From Legionellales bacterium (GTDB lineage: Bacteria; Pseudomonadota; Gammaproteobacteria; DSM-16500), in the NCBI GenBank assembly GCA_947478495.1, contig CANJVW010000001.1, positions 62,658 to 126,657 on the forward strand: DNA of 64,000 bases, written 5' to 3'. The notes below the pieces were generated by a model that had not been told where the DNA came from, ran no database searches, and saw only the letters and a list, made by a program, of their open reading frames with translations. Of the stretch, positions 43,230 through 52,568 are shown piece after piece (the first letter of the stretch is position 1; each line of letters starts with the position of its first letter). Position numbers and translations under genes: made by a program.

Positions 43230-43795
43230 CGATAATGTGCAAATGCTTGGTTAGCTTTTGCCATTCTATGAATATCATCACGCTGCTTCACTGCAGCACC
43301 CCGTCCTTCGATGGCATCGAGTATTTCAGCTGCTAAGCGCAATACCATGGTTTTTTCACCACGAGCATTAGCGGATCGCGCCAACATACGCATTGCAAGC
43401 GCCAAACCACGCTCTGGATTGACTTCAATAGGCACTTGATACGTTGCACCACCGACTCGTCGGGATTTCACTTCAACCGTCGGACGAATGTTATGCAATG
43501 CTTTTTCTAATAATTCTAAATTCTCTTTGCTTGCAGCAACTTTCACTTTGCCGTGGCTACCGGTACCGGTTGTGCCCGCATCGCCTTCATCATCTTGCTT
43601 TTTGCTGGAAACCACTGCGCCTTTGTTTTTATGAAGTCGCTTGGTCACTTCAGACAATGCGTCGTAAACGATTTTTTCAGCGATGGATTTCTTCCCCGCA
43701 CGCATCACGACATTGATGAACTTCGCTAATCGCTCACTTCCGTATAACGGATCTGGCAGAATCTCTCTTTTGACCGCAGCTTTTCTTCTTGGCAT
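43223..43795 (-). CDS. rpsG: 30S ribosomal protein S7 (with internal insertion)
   Basis: N- and C-terminal thirds are collinear with E. coli S7 ([37 protein letters not shown]). About 34 extra residues lie after the IVYDAL helix. Confidence 0.95.
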   Translation of the reverse strand: MPRRKAAVKREILPDPLYGSERLAKFINVVMRAGKKSIAEKIVYDALSEVTKRLHKNKGAVVSSKKQDDEGDAGTTGTGSHGKVKVAASKENLELLEKALHNIRPTVEVKSRRVGGATYQVPIEVNPERGLALAMRMLARSANARGEKTMVLRLAAEILDAIEGRGAAVKQRDDIHRMAKANQAFAHYRW

Positions 43796-43837
43796 AACTC
43801 TATTCTTCCCATTTAAAAAACGATAACGTTATATGGA

Positions 43838-44212
43838 CTACTTCTTCGGTTTTTTAGCACCGTACTTCGATCGGCCTCGACGACGGCTTGCAACACCTAC
43901 CGTATCCAAGCTACCGCGCACGATATGGTAACGCACACCAGGTAAATCTTTTACTCGACCACCGCGAATTAACACAACCGAATGCTCTTGAAGGTTGTGT
44001 CCTTCACCACCAATATAAGCGGTTACTTCATGACCACTTGTTAAGCGAACACGGGCCACTTTACGCAACGCTGAGTTCGGCTTTTTAGGTGTCGTGGTAT
44101 ATACACGTGTGCATACCCCTCGCTTTTGAGGCGATTGGTTCAACGCAGGTACGTTCGATTTTACTATTCTTGGAGCCCGTGGCTTACGCACAAGCTGATT
44201 AATCGTTGGCAT
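43838..44212 (-). CDS. rpsL: 30S ribosomal protein S12
   Basis: [12 protein letters not shown]..., [16 protein letters not shown], 124 aa. Confidence 0.98.
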   Translation of the reverse strand: MPTINQLVRKPRAPRIVKSNVPALNQSPQKRGVCTRVYTTTPKKPNSALRKVARVRLTSGHEVTAYIGGEGHNLQEHSVVLIRGGRVKDLPGVRYHIVRGSLDTVGVASRRRGRSKYGAKKPKK

Positions 44213-44287
44213 TCTTAAAACTCCAGCCTAATAATTGTACAGTTACAAAAAGTTACCGCTCATCGATTTCGACAGAGGAGGCGGGAT

Positions 44288-44315
44288 TCTATATAGGGAG
44301 CGCATACCTTGTCAA
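44288..44315 (-). promoter_or_regulatory. sigma70-like promoter candidate for rpsL
   Basis: On the minus strand: TTGACA (44310-44315), 16-nt spacer, TATAGA (44288-44293, overlapping TATATA), then a GC-rich discriminator CCCGCCTCC. Confidence 0.4.
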
Positions 44316-44391
44316 GCAAGACTGTGAAATTATTGAAGCAATTACGCAAGAAACATAGAGACTGCCTGAAATGGCTCAATAGACTCTCTGT

Positions 44392-45822
44392 TTAATACGC
44401 ATTCCGATGAATAAATCCTTTGAAGAGCGTCAACCATATGATCTTCAAATCGAGTGCTAACGACCAATGATCGATGTAATAAAAATCATACTCGATACGT
44501 TTTTGCATTTTTTCAAGCGTATCCGTTTCGCCGCGCCAGCCATTCACTTGCGCCCAACCCGTAATACCCGGCTTTACCTTGTGTCGCTGCATATAGGCGT
44601 TGATCGAATCCTTATAGTATTCATTATGAGACACGGCATGGGGGCGAGGCCCCACGATCGACATACGGCCCTGCAACACATTAATAAACTGCGGCAGCTC
44701 ATCTAAGCTCGTTTTACGTAGCCATCGGCCGAGAGGTGTCACGCGCGCATCAAACGCTCTTGCCTGGCTCACTAACCCTGACTCCGCGTGCTCAAACATC
44801 GTCCGAAATTTATAAACTTTAATGATGCGTCCGTCCCACCCATGACGCAACTGCTTAAAAAGCACAGGACCTTTCGATGTCCATTTAATCAAAATGGCAA
44901 TCATTGCAAATAAGGGGCTGATACCAATCAAAATAAGAGCGGCCAATACCCTATCTTCAATTGCTTTCACGTAACGATTAATGCCCATCATTGGTGTGAC
45001 ATTGATATTTAATGCGGGAAAACCGAGCACATCCGTCATGGCCCGACTCGTCAAATCGAGCCCCAATAAATCCATCACAAATCGAACGCTAATCGTTTGA
45101 TGGCGCAATGCATGTATTAACTCTTTAGCCCGCTCTTCTTCTTTTAACGGTAATGCTAGCCAAATTTCATCGACCGTCTCTTTCATCGTGATGAAATACG
45201 CCTCTAAATCGACAGGGGTCTTTAAAATGGGAACACCATTTACATCTCTTTCAAGGGCAGCATCATCAAATAAGTGAATAATGCGGAATCCTGTCCACGG
45301 TGCCTGTTGAATCATGGCGATCAATGCTTGACCCATCTTCCCTGCGCCAATGATGATGACACGACGCTCGTTCCAGCCGCGGGATCGACAGAGACGCAGA
45401 AACAATAAAAGAGCACAACGCAATAACAGCAGAGACACCACTGAAACTATGCCCCATAGCAAAAACCAACTACGCGAAAAATGCTCGCCCGTTTTAGTCA
45501 AGAACGCAAAACCAGCCAAGAGAATGAGCACAACGCTCATCGCTTGAATGAGAGTTCTAATATAGTGCATCCACGAATGAGTGCGGACAGAGCGATACAA
45601 GCCAAACCAAGGAAAAACAACCGCCATCAATAATGCAGCAAAACTCAACGCCTCTACATAATCACGCGTCATGTAAAAAGACTCGAATTTATAGCAATAA
45701 ACACTAATCCCCGAGAGAGAAACGACGACAATATCCAAGGCACGCAAGGTGATAGATAGAATTTCAGCGTGCTCTTTAACGAGCCCGCGAGGAAAAAGCG
45801 TCTGCTGATCAAGCGTCTTCAT
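44392..45822 (-). CDS. polyprenyl-phosphate hexose-1-phosphate transferase (WcaJ/WbaP-type initiating PGT)
   Basis: N-terminal TM bundle plus C-terminal bacterial sugar-transferase domain (LDELPQFINVLQGRMSIVGPRP, KPGITGWAQVNG). Confidence 0.85.
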   Translation of the reverse strand: MKTLDQQTLFPRGLVKEHAEILSITLRALDIVVVSLSGISVYCYKFESFYMTRDYVEALSFAALLMAVVFPWFGLYRSVRTHSWMHYIRTLIQAMSVVLILLAGFAFLTKTGEHFSRSWFLLWGIVSVVSLLLLRCALLLFLRLCRSRGWNERRVIIIGAGKMGQALIAMIQQAPWTGFRIIHLFDDAALERDVNGVPILKTPVDLEAYFITMKETVDEIWLALPLKEEERAKELIHALRHQTISVRFVMDLLGLDLTSRAMTDVLGFPALNINVTPMMGINRYVKAIEDRVLAALILIGISPLFAMIAILIKWTSKGPVLFKQLRHGWDGRIIKVYKFRTMFEHAESGLVSQARAFDARVTPLGRWLRKTSLDELPQFINVLQGRMSIVGPRPHAVSHNEYYKDSINAYMQRHKVKPGITGWAQVNGWRGETDTLEKMQKRIEYDFYYIDHWSLALDLKIIWLTLFKGFIHRNAY

Positions 45823-45899
45823 GCCAATACTCTAGATCTGATAATCGGTAAACGCAAGTCTATTGACCCCCAACCGACATTAATCGAAATTCAGGGGTG

Positions 45900-47462
45900 C
45901 TATGGTTTCGGCTGCTTCGAATCATGAGGCCTGGTCTGCGCGAAACCAAAACCCGCTCCTATCGATTGCCCAATTGGCGCCACGACTGCCGTTGAAACAG
46001 GAATCGAAAAATCAACAACCGTCTGCACAGCAGCATGCTCAAGAAAGATACTTCTTGCGCCGCCTGTCACCAAGCTACTCAATACACTGAACGTACTGCT
46101 TGTTACATTAGCTGCTTTATCGCTCCATTGAACATCTCGAAGCAGCTGACCCGCCCGTGAATTAGGCTGGCGATAACAAAAAACAGATGCTATTCCATCA
46201 GTAATACTATCTAACACTTTCTTGAATGCGCTCGGCGCAAAAAAGAGTTTGATTCCCACATTTGCTCCACTTGCAATGAATCCACCCGCCATCGCAAAAC
46301 CTGACGAGAGATGATACGACACTAGAAAATCAAACACTTTGTGATAAAATAAATCCCCGACAAAAGGAATCAAAAAACACATCACCACTCCGATAATAGC
46401 CCATTTCGCTACATCTCCCGCAGAGAATGATTCTTTTTTATCGTGTGGTTGAGAAGGATGGCCATATAAAATCTTGTCGACATACAAAATCATGGTACCA
46501 ATCTCAAACGCGCCGCCGAATGCATAGGCCAATGGCATACCGCCCGCTGCTAGAACGGAACCCGATAACGCTACATAGGCCAATGCACTTAACAGAGCAA
46601 GCGCAACAACAAACGCAACCCACAGAATACGATTCCAAGATAATGAAGCCTCTTCTTGCCCCTCACTTTGCAAGCGCTGTCGATTAAATGTCTTGTATAA
46701 ACTCGGCTGATATACCGCATAAAAGGCAGAAAATACACAAATCGATAACGGCACAACCCAGAGCAAATTACCCCATGAGAAAAGCGCTACTACCGTCATG
46801 CCCGCACCACCAAAAACAAGCGCCGTCACAAACACGCCGCCTACCGCAGAAACGATGCCCACCACGCGCGCCAAGCTAAAATTCGTATTCTTTATCGCAC
46901 GCTTTTCCTCTTTCCTGGAAAAGGTACCACCCTCACCATAATAGGTAGAATCCGACAGAGAAAAATCCTCTTCGATGTAATGATCGCCTTCTTCTTTTAT
47001 TCGTTTTAAAATTTTATGCTTTTGAGCAAAACGATTCACCGCTATTTTTAGCAATCGCAATGTCTCGGGCTTGACTTCTGTTTTATGCTTTTGAATCTCG
47101 AATAAGTAATCTTTAAATAAACCCCAAAATTCGTCGGGAGACTTCTTCGCATCACATGATTCGATTTCTTCCCATATATTGCAATGAACCGGCGTTCCTA
47201 TTTTATAAACCAAATCAATCAGGTCGATAAAATCAGCATGATCGGAATTTTCCCGACGGCCATCCCATACTGTTTTTATCCAAGCCCGTGCATGCTTCCC
47301 GCGATAATAACGACCGCCAAATAAATTGCGGAGCCAACCCAATACCGAGGTCTGATCCTTTTTGATTTTGTCTTCGTATCGTTTGGCTATTTCTTGATAT
47401 TCTGTAAGATAGGACGCAAAATCGCGTTTTTGTTCTTTACTTTCTGCTGCTGCGCTCGACAT
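45900..47462 (-). CDS. hypothetical polytopic membrane protein with about 190-aa soluble N-terminal domain
   Basis: 520-aa ORF. Charged N-terminal region followed by multiple Gly/Ala-rich TM segments. No motif recognised. Confidence 0.6.
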   Translation of the reverse strand: MSSAAAESKEQKRDFASYLTEYQEIAKRYEDKIKKDQTSVLGWLRNLFGGRYYRGKHARAWIKTVWDGRRENSDHADFIDLIDLVYKIGTPVHCNIWEEIESCDAKKSPDEFWGLFKDYLFEIQKHKTEVKPETLRLLKIAVNRFAQKHKILKRIKEEGDHYIEEDFSLSDSTYYGEGGTFSRKEEKRAIKNTNFSLARVVGIVSAVGGVFVTALVFGGAGMTVVALFSWGNLLWVVPLSICVFSAFYAVYQPSLYKTFNRQRLQSEGQEEASLSWNRILWVAFVVALALLSALAYVALSGSVLAAGGMPLAYAFGGAFEIGTMILYVDKILYGHPSQPHDKKESFSAGDVAKWAIIGVVMCFLIPFVGDLFYHKVFDFLVSYHLSSGFAMAGGFIASGANVGIKLFFAPSAFKKVLDSITDGIASVFCYRQPNSRAGQLLRDVQWSDKAANVTSSTFSVLSSLVTGGARSIFLEHAAVQTVVDFSIPVSTAVVAPIGQSIGAGFGFAQTRPHDSKQPKP

Positions 47463-47566
47463 AAAAGAAAAACTCCTCTTAATTTATGTACTATTTGTGC
47501 TGTTATTATACATATACTACGTAGAAACAGGTAATGTTTTTGTTATCCGCCTAAAAATAAGTTAAC

Positions 47567-48802
47567 ATGATGAATAATAAGGACTTTAATACCAACATGC
47601 TAAAAACCATTAAACGCTTCATCACACTCGAATCTAGCACCGGCATCTTGCTCGGATTCGCTGCACTGTTTGCTATTATCATTAAGAACTCCTCTTTAAC
47701 CGCTTTTTATGATTCAATTATCAATCTACCCTTATCAATCAACATCGGTGAATTTTTAATAAAAAAACCGGCGATCATTTGGGTGAATGATTTTTTAATG
47801 GCATTCTTTTTTCTACTCGTTGGATTAGAGCTCAAACGAGAATGGCTTGAAGGACAGCTCTCCAAAAAAGTGAATTGCGCGCTACCTCTCATTGCCGCGC
47901 TCGGCGGGATTATTTTTCCTGCATTGATTTATGTCTATTTTAATAGAGAAAACGCCGTCGCCCTTCAAGGCTGGGCTATTCCTGCTGCGACTGATATTGC
48001 ATTTGCGTTAGGCGTGCTATCGTTGTTGGGTAATCGCATTCCGAGCTCACTAAAACTGTGCTTGCTTTCTCTTGCCATTTTTGATGATTTAGCCGCGATT
48101 CTGATTATCGCACTCTTCTACACGGATAATCTCTCCCTCATCTGGTTGCTGATCAGCGCCCTTCCCTTGTTTATGTTAAGTATTCTCAATAAATATGCTA
48201 TTCGATTCTTAACACCTTATTTATTGATTGGATTATTACTTTGGATTTGCATTTTAAAATCCGGCATTCACCCCACCATTGCGGGGATATTGCTCGCGCT
48301 CTTTATCCCGCTGCAAGCCGGTTCATGCTCCCCCCTTAAAACCATCGAGCATCGCCTCCACCCTTTAGTATCCTTTTGTATCCTACCCCTGTTTGCTTTT
48401 TTCAATGCGGGCGTTTCATTGCAAGGATTATCAATACATGCATTCACACAGCCGATTGCACTAGGCATCATGGCAGGATTATTTTTTGGAAAACAAATCG
48501 GTGTCATGTTTTTTTCGTTTGTGGGAGCACGGTGTGGGTGGTGCGCCCTACCGATTGATGTCACCTGGCGACAATATTATGGGATGGCTATTTTAACAGG
48601 CATTGGTTTTACGATGAGTTTATTTATCGGCATGCTCGCGTTTTCAGATCCCGCGCTCCACACAAGTGTACGCTTAAGCGTCATTGCAGGGTCGCTCGCA
48701 TCAGGCATCATAGGATATAGCATACTATTTTTCGCCCGCTCACCTCGCCACTATTCCCACACCCTATATTGTCATCCCCACGAAGGTGGGGATCCATCCT
48801 GA
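47567..48802 (+). CDS. nhaA: Na+/H+ antiporter NhaA
   Basis: WAIPAATDIAFALGVL and AIFDDLAAILIIALFY motifs. The start may be the internal MLKTIKRF. The last residues (CHPHEGGDPS) and the stop lie in a REP-3 arm. Confidence 0.9.
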   Translation: MMNNKDFNTNMLKTIKRFITLESSTGILLGFAALFAIIIKNSSLTAFYDSIINLPLSINIGEFLIKKPAIIWVNDFLMAFFFLLVGLELKREWLEGQLSKKVNCALPLIAALGGIIFPALIYVYFNRENAVALQGWAIPAATDIAFALGVLSLLGNRIPSSLKLCLLSLAIFDDLAAILIIALFYTDNLSLIWLLISALPLFMLSILNKYAIRFLTPYLLIGLLLWICILKSGIHPTIAGILLALFIPLQAGSCSPLKTIEHRLHPLVSFCILPLFAFFNAGVSLQGLSIHAFTQPIALGIMAGLFFGKQIGVMFFSFVGARCGWCALPIDVTWRQYYGMAILTGIGFTMSLFIGMLAFSDPALHTSVRLSVIAGSLASGIIGYSILFFARSPRHYSHTLYCHPHEGGDPS

Positions 48803-48868
48803 AAATATGCTCGACTATACAATTCTGCATTAATCTATAGATGGGTCCCCGCCTTCGCGGGGATGACA
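48769..48868. repeat. REP-3 inverted pair between convergent nhaA and gtrA-like genes
   Basis: gtcatccccacgaaggtggggatccatc (48771-48798) versus the reverse complement of 48841-48868, gtcatccccgcgaaggcggggacccat. Each arm contains its own CCCCRC-GAAG-GYGGGG mini-hairpin. Confidence 0.85.
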
Positions 48869-49293
48869 GCGCGCGAGACAGGAAACACCCAGTAACGCGC
48901 TAAAAAATAATTGAGATTGACTGTCACACCAAGCGATATAAGCATCCCCCAATATGGCGAAAGATGCAGATGTTCCACGACAAAACAGGTGATTGCAAAC
49001 GTCACCAAAAAACTTATTCCGATCATCGTTAGATAGCGTGGAAGCTGCCCAAAAGGACAGTGATGATGACTATCAAAGGCAAATCGTCTGTTCGATGTAA
49101 AATGCACCATGACAGACATCACGTAGGCTATCACAACAGACACCTTATAGTTGCAGTGCAAGCCTTTAAAAAAAACAGTAAATGACCCGAAATACACCAT
49201 GGCGGATAATAGCCCCACCATAATAAAAATAGACATCGACTTTTTGTGTGCCATCATATAGCTATATGTAAAACGGATTATTCGTTTAGGCAA
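48835..49293 (-). CDS. GtrA family membrane protein (lipid-linked sugar translocation family)
   Basis: 152-aa four-TM protein with GtrA-like spacing (FTSNRRFAF, YFLARYWVF). The C-terminal VIPAKAGTHL is encoded by REP-3. Confidence 0.7.
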   Translation of the reverse strand: MPKRIIRFTYSYMMAHKKSMSIFIMVGLLSAMVYFGSFTVFFKGLHCNYKVSVVIAYVMSVMVHFTSNRRFAFDSHHHCPFGQLPRYLTMIGISFLVTFAITCFVVEHLHLSPYWGMLISLGVTVNLNYFLARYWVFPVSRAVIPAKAGTHL

Positions 49294-49305
49294 TGTAAAG
49301 CATCC

Positions 49306-51051
49306 TTATTGTTGATAGGCTTTCCACAAATCGTAAACGGGGCCTGGGTGATTCAATAAGTCGGCCGTTGACCCTGAAATCAACTCACCCCCCTCGCTCA
49401 GCATGATAATGGAATCAAATAGCGGCAGCAAATGCAATCGATGTAAGGACACGATCATCGCAGCATCCGGAAAAGCGTGGATCACGCCCGACAGAATCTC
49501 TTTTTCGGTGAATAAATCCACGCTCGATGTGGGTTCATCCATTAAAATTAACGAACTGAACCGCGCCGCAAACAAGCCTCGGGCCAAGGCTAAGCGTTGC
49601 TTTTGGCCAACTGATAAATTCAATCCCTTTTCGCGAATATCCGTTTCAAACCCCAAGGGCAATGTTTCCAAAACGGCTAAAAATCCTGCGAGTTTCGCGG
49701 CATCAAGCATCGCGCTATCTGTCGTCTCTAAATCCATCGTAATATTAAACGCAATCGTATTTTCAAAGATCTCGGGGTCCTGTGGAATCAGTGTCGTAAT
49801 CGCTCTCAAGGGTTCAAGTGAATCGAATGATATACCATCAATAGCAAGATGCACGCTCGCTGGCACATACAACCCAGATATAATATTTAACAACGTACTT
49901 TTACCACCCCCACTCAAACCAATTAATGCTATTTTCTCACCACGCTTCACCGAAAAAGCCGTTTTATTAAAGATATGCCTCGATGCGCTGCCTGCATGAT
50001 AAAAAACAAGCTCTGAAATATGGAGGGTATGCCACTGTCTCGCAACTTGTTCCCCCGCAGGAATGTGGGCCAACTGTTTGATATCTTCCAATATAGGCTC
50101 TATCCCTCGGATGTCGGTATCCATACGCACCAATTCACTGTATTTGCTGCTAAGCTCTTTGAACACATTACCCAAATCGAGTTGGTAACGAAACATCATC
50201 ACGACTGTTCCGATCATGAGTGCGCCCGTTGCATGTAGCGCGTGAACAATATAACCGATCAAAAGAATCGCTTGTACAATCGACAGAAATACCATCATGG
50301 AAAACCATTTTACTTCGTTGAGCGCAACGTCTTTACGAAAAGCAGGCCAAACGGCCATCATGCGCTGAATAAAGTGATTGTGCGTTAACTTACCCAATCG
50401 CAACGTCAACACGGTTGTCATGTTGGTAATGTAATCAAATAAAATAGCGCCGACGCCATTATCGATTTCATTTTGCTTATCATAGAGCGGGATCAATCGA
50501 CGATCAAAGACAATCACAATCCACATCACAATCACTGAAGTGGCTAAGCTGAACAAACCAATTGGTAGCGATATCCAGAGCAAAAAGCCAACAGACATCA
50601 AAAACATCACAATAGTCTGGGCATAGGTAAATTGATTCTCTCCAAATTGACGCAAGGCTGTTGCTGCTCTAAAAAAACGAGTAAACACATTGCCGGAATG
50701 ATGATTTTGATGCCACTGAAGAGGAAGATGCGTCAGTTTCTCATACACACTTTGGCGAAAGTCTTGTTGAACCCTCAAGGCAACCTTACGCTCCACAATG
50801 CGGGCCGGGCCATGAAATGCCCAAAACAACAATAACACCCCCACATCCATCAACAGCCACATGATCAATTCCATCAAACGAGCCGGTGAAAAATGCTGCA
50901 ACACATCCACTGCACGGCCAAATATATAAGGACTCAACCCCAACGCGATTTGCGCAACGATTAATGCAATATAATAGCCAACAATCGAAAAACGCCATCG
51001 GGCGCCGTAGTGCCATACTGTGCTAATTAAGTTAAAATAAGGATTTTTCAT
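49306..51051 (-). CDS. ABC exporter, fused permease/ATPase (MsbA-type architecture)
   Basis: Six-TM N-domain. Walker A GLSGGGKST, signature LSVGQKQRLALAR, Walker B LILMDEPTS. Confidence 0.85.
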   Translation of the reverse strand: MKNPYFNLISTVWHYGARWRFSIVGYYIALIVAQIALGLSPYIFGRAVDVLQHFSPARLMELIMWLLMDVGVLLLFWAFHGPARIVERKVALRVQQDFRQSVYEKLTHLPLQWHQNHHSGNVFTRFFRAATALRQFGENQFTYAQTIVMFLMSVGFLLWISLPIGLFSLATSVIVMWIVIVFDRRLIPLYDKQNEIDNGVGAILFDYITNMTTVLTLRLGKLTHNHFIQRMMAVWPAFRKDVALNEVKWFSMMVFLSIVQAILLIGYIVHALHATGALMIGTVVMMFRYQLDLGNVFKELSSKYSELVRMDTDIRGIEPILEDIKQLAHIPAGEQVARQWHTLHISELVFYHAGSASRHIFNKTAFSVKRGEKIALIGLSGGGKSTLLNIISGLYVPASVHLAIDGISFDSLEPLRAITTLIPQDPEIFENTIAFNITMDLETTDSAMLDAAKLAGFLAVLETLPLGFETDIREKGLNLSVGQKQRLALARGLFAARFSSLILMDEPTSSVDLFTEKEILSGVIHAFPDAAMIVSLHRLHLLPLFDSIIMLSEGGELISGSTADLLNHPGPVYDLWKAYQQ

Positions 51052-51149
51052 AGAAATCTCAGTACATGTTCATCTATTTTACATATTTAATGTTATTTTA
51101 TCAATCAGCAACCTTTTAAAAATGCACATAATATGGCACACTGCCCGCT

Positions 51150-52568
51150 ATGACAGCAGACAATCATCGAGCTATCTATTGGGCAGAGTCAGCAGTGGTG
51201 TTATATCTTGTTGCGCCTTTGTTCTTGTTTTTCTGTTTTTATATTCGCCCCGAAGTCGGTATCCCGGGATGTGGCTTAATCGCGTGGTGCATTTACTCTA
51301 TTTGGAAAAAAACACAGTGGTCAGCCATTCGGACTGACATCAAATCATTGCTGATCATTCTTCCTATTTCAATCGCCTGGCTCGCACTCGGTGGAAATTT
51401 TGGCGGTTTGCCACAAAACGCAGATTGGTTAAAACATTATGCTGTCATCAATTTTATTGCTCAGCATAGCAATCAACTCAGCGATACCTATCATGGTCAC
51501 TTTGAAGTACTTCGAGAATATTTAGGGTGGTACCTTATTCCCGGGCTTATTGTGAAAGCCCTCAACGGACACGATCAAGTATTGGCTGCGGGGATTTGGA
51601 CATTAATAGGTATTGTGCTTTTCTTTGCATTAATCACTCATCACTTAAAAAGGAAAATGAAGCACGCAAGGCTGATTGTACCACTTGTATTTATCTTGTT
51701 TAGCGGCTTGGATATCATCGGATTTTTTCTAACACACCATAGGCTAGAATTTAATGTGGCATTTTGGGCAGGTTGGATACACTACAGTTCAAACACCTCC
51801 TCTCTTTTCTGGGCGCCCGAACATGCATTGCCGAGCTGGCTCGGTATCGCCATTTTAATGAGACAAATAGATCGCGCGACCTTGACACCCTATGTTGTGT
51901 TGATCGGTTCAGCTATTCTGTTTTGGTCCCCTTTTGCAATGATAGGACTCTTGCCCTTTGGTCTAGCTGTCATCCTAAAAAATGATGCTAAGAAAATCCT
52001 ATTAAATAAACAGACTGTTGCCACCTTGCTCTTGATCACACTACCTTTAATTCTTTACCTAACAGCCAATACTCAAGATATTTTGCGCGGATGGATTTGG
52101 GAAAACAGATGTGTGTATACTCAGACCCCCTGTTTTACAGGATTAGGGTATGCCCAATTTTTACTAATTGAAATTGGTGCCATTGTCATTCTCTTGTTTG
52201 CCAACAAAGAGACTCGATCCCTTTTTCTAGTGCTTGCAACAGGCAGTTTAATGCTTATCCCTCTCTATCGAATAGGTTTCTGGACCGATTTGGCAAAATC
52301 TGGCTCCATTCCTGCGCTAGCATTTTTGAGTATTGGCATGGCTCGTCTCATGGGATCAAAGACCACCCCCTCTATCAAAATAATTGCGGTTGTACTATTA
52401 GCGATCGGAATTATTTCTCCTATATGTGAAGTAGGGCGCCTCTCTGGTTGGCTGCGGACTGCTAAGGCTAATCCTTCTATTACATTTACTATGCCGTTTA
52501 TTTGGAACACGCCGTCATTTCTCCCACAGTATTTCTCCGATCAACCTATTTGGGTGTTGCGATCATGA
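51150..52568 (+). CDS. polytopic membrane protein, paralogue 1 (candidate GT-C-type transferase or polymerase)
   Basis: 472 aa, 10 or more hydrophobic segments. Conserved loops GNFGGLPQNADWLKHY and FWAPEHALPSWLG are shared with the downstream paralogue. Confidence 0.7.
   Translation: MTADNHRAIYWAESAVVLYLVAPLFLFFCFYIRPEVGIPGCGLIAWCIYSIWKKTQWSAIRTDIKSLLIILPISIAWLALGGNFGGLPQNADWLKHYAVINFIAQHSNQLSDTYHGHFEVLREYLGWYLIPGLIVKALNGHDQVLAAGIWTLIGIVLFFALITHHLKRKMKHARLIVPLVFILFSGLDIIGFFLTHHRLEFNVAFWAGWIHYSSNTSSLFWAPEHALPSWLGIAILMRQIDRATLTPYVVLIGSAILFWSPFAMIGLLPFGLAVILKNDAKKILLNKQTVATLLLITLPLILYLTANTQDILRGWIWENRCVYTQTPCFTGLGYAQFLLIEIGAIVILLFANKETRSLFLVLATGSLMLIPLYRIGFWTDLAKSGSIPALAFLSIGMARLMGSKTTPSIKIIAVVLLAIGIISPICEVGRLSGWLRTAKANPSITFTMPFIWNTPSFLPQYFSDQPIWVLRS

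Noticed and set aside
52502-52564. The ORF track starts paralogue 2 at 52502, giving a 21-aa N-terminal extension overlapping paralogue 1.
   Set aside because: The ATG at 52565 forms an ATGA overlap with the upstream stop. From there the protein aligns residue-for-residue with the N-terminus of paralogue 1, and the extension has no counterpart.
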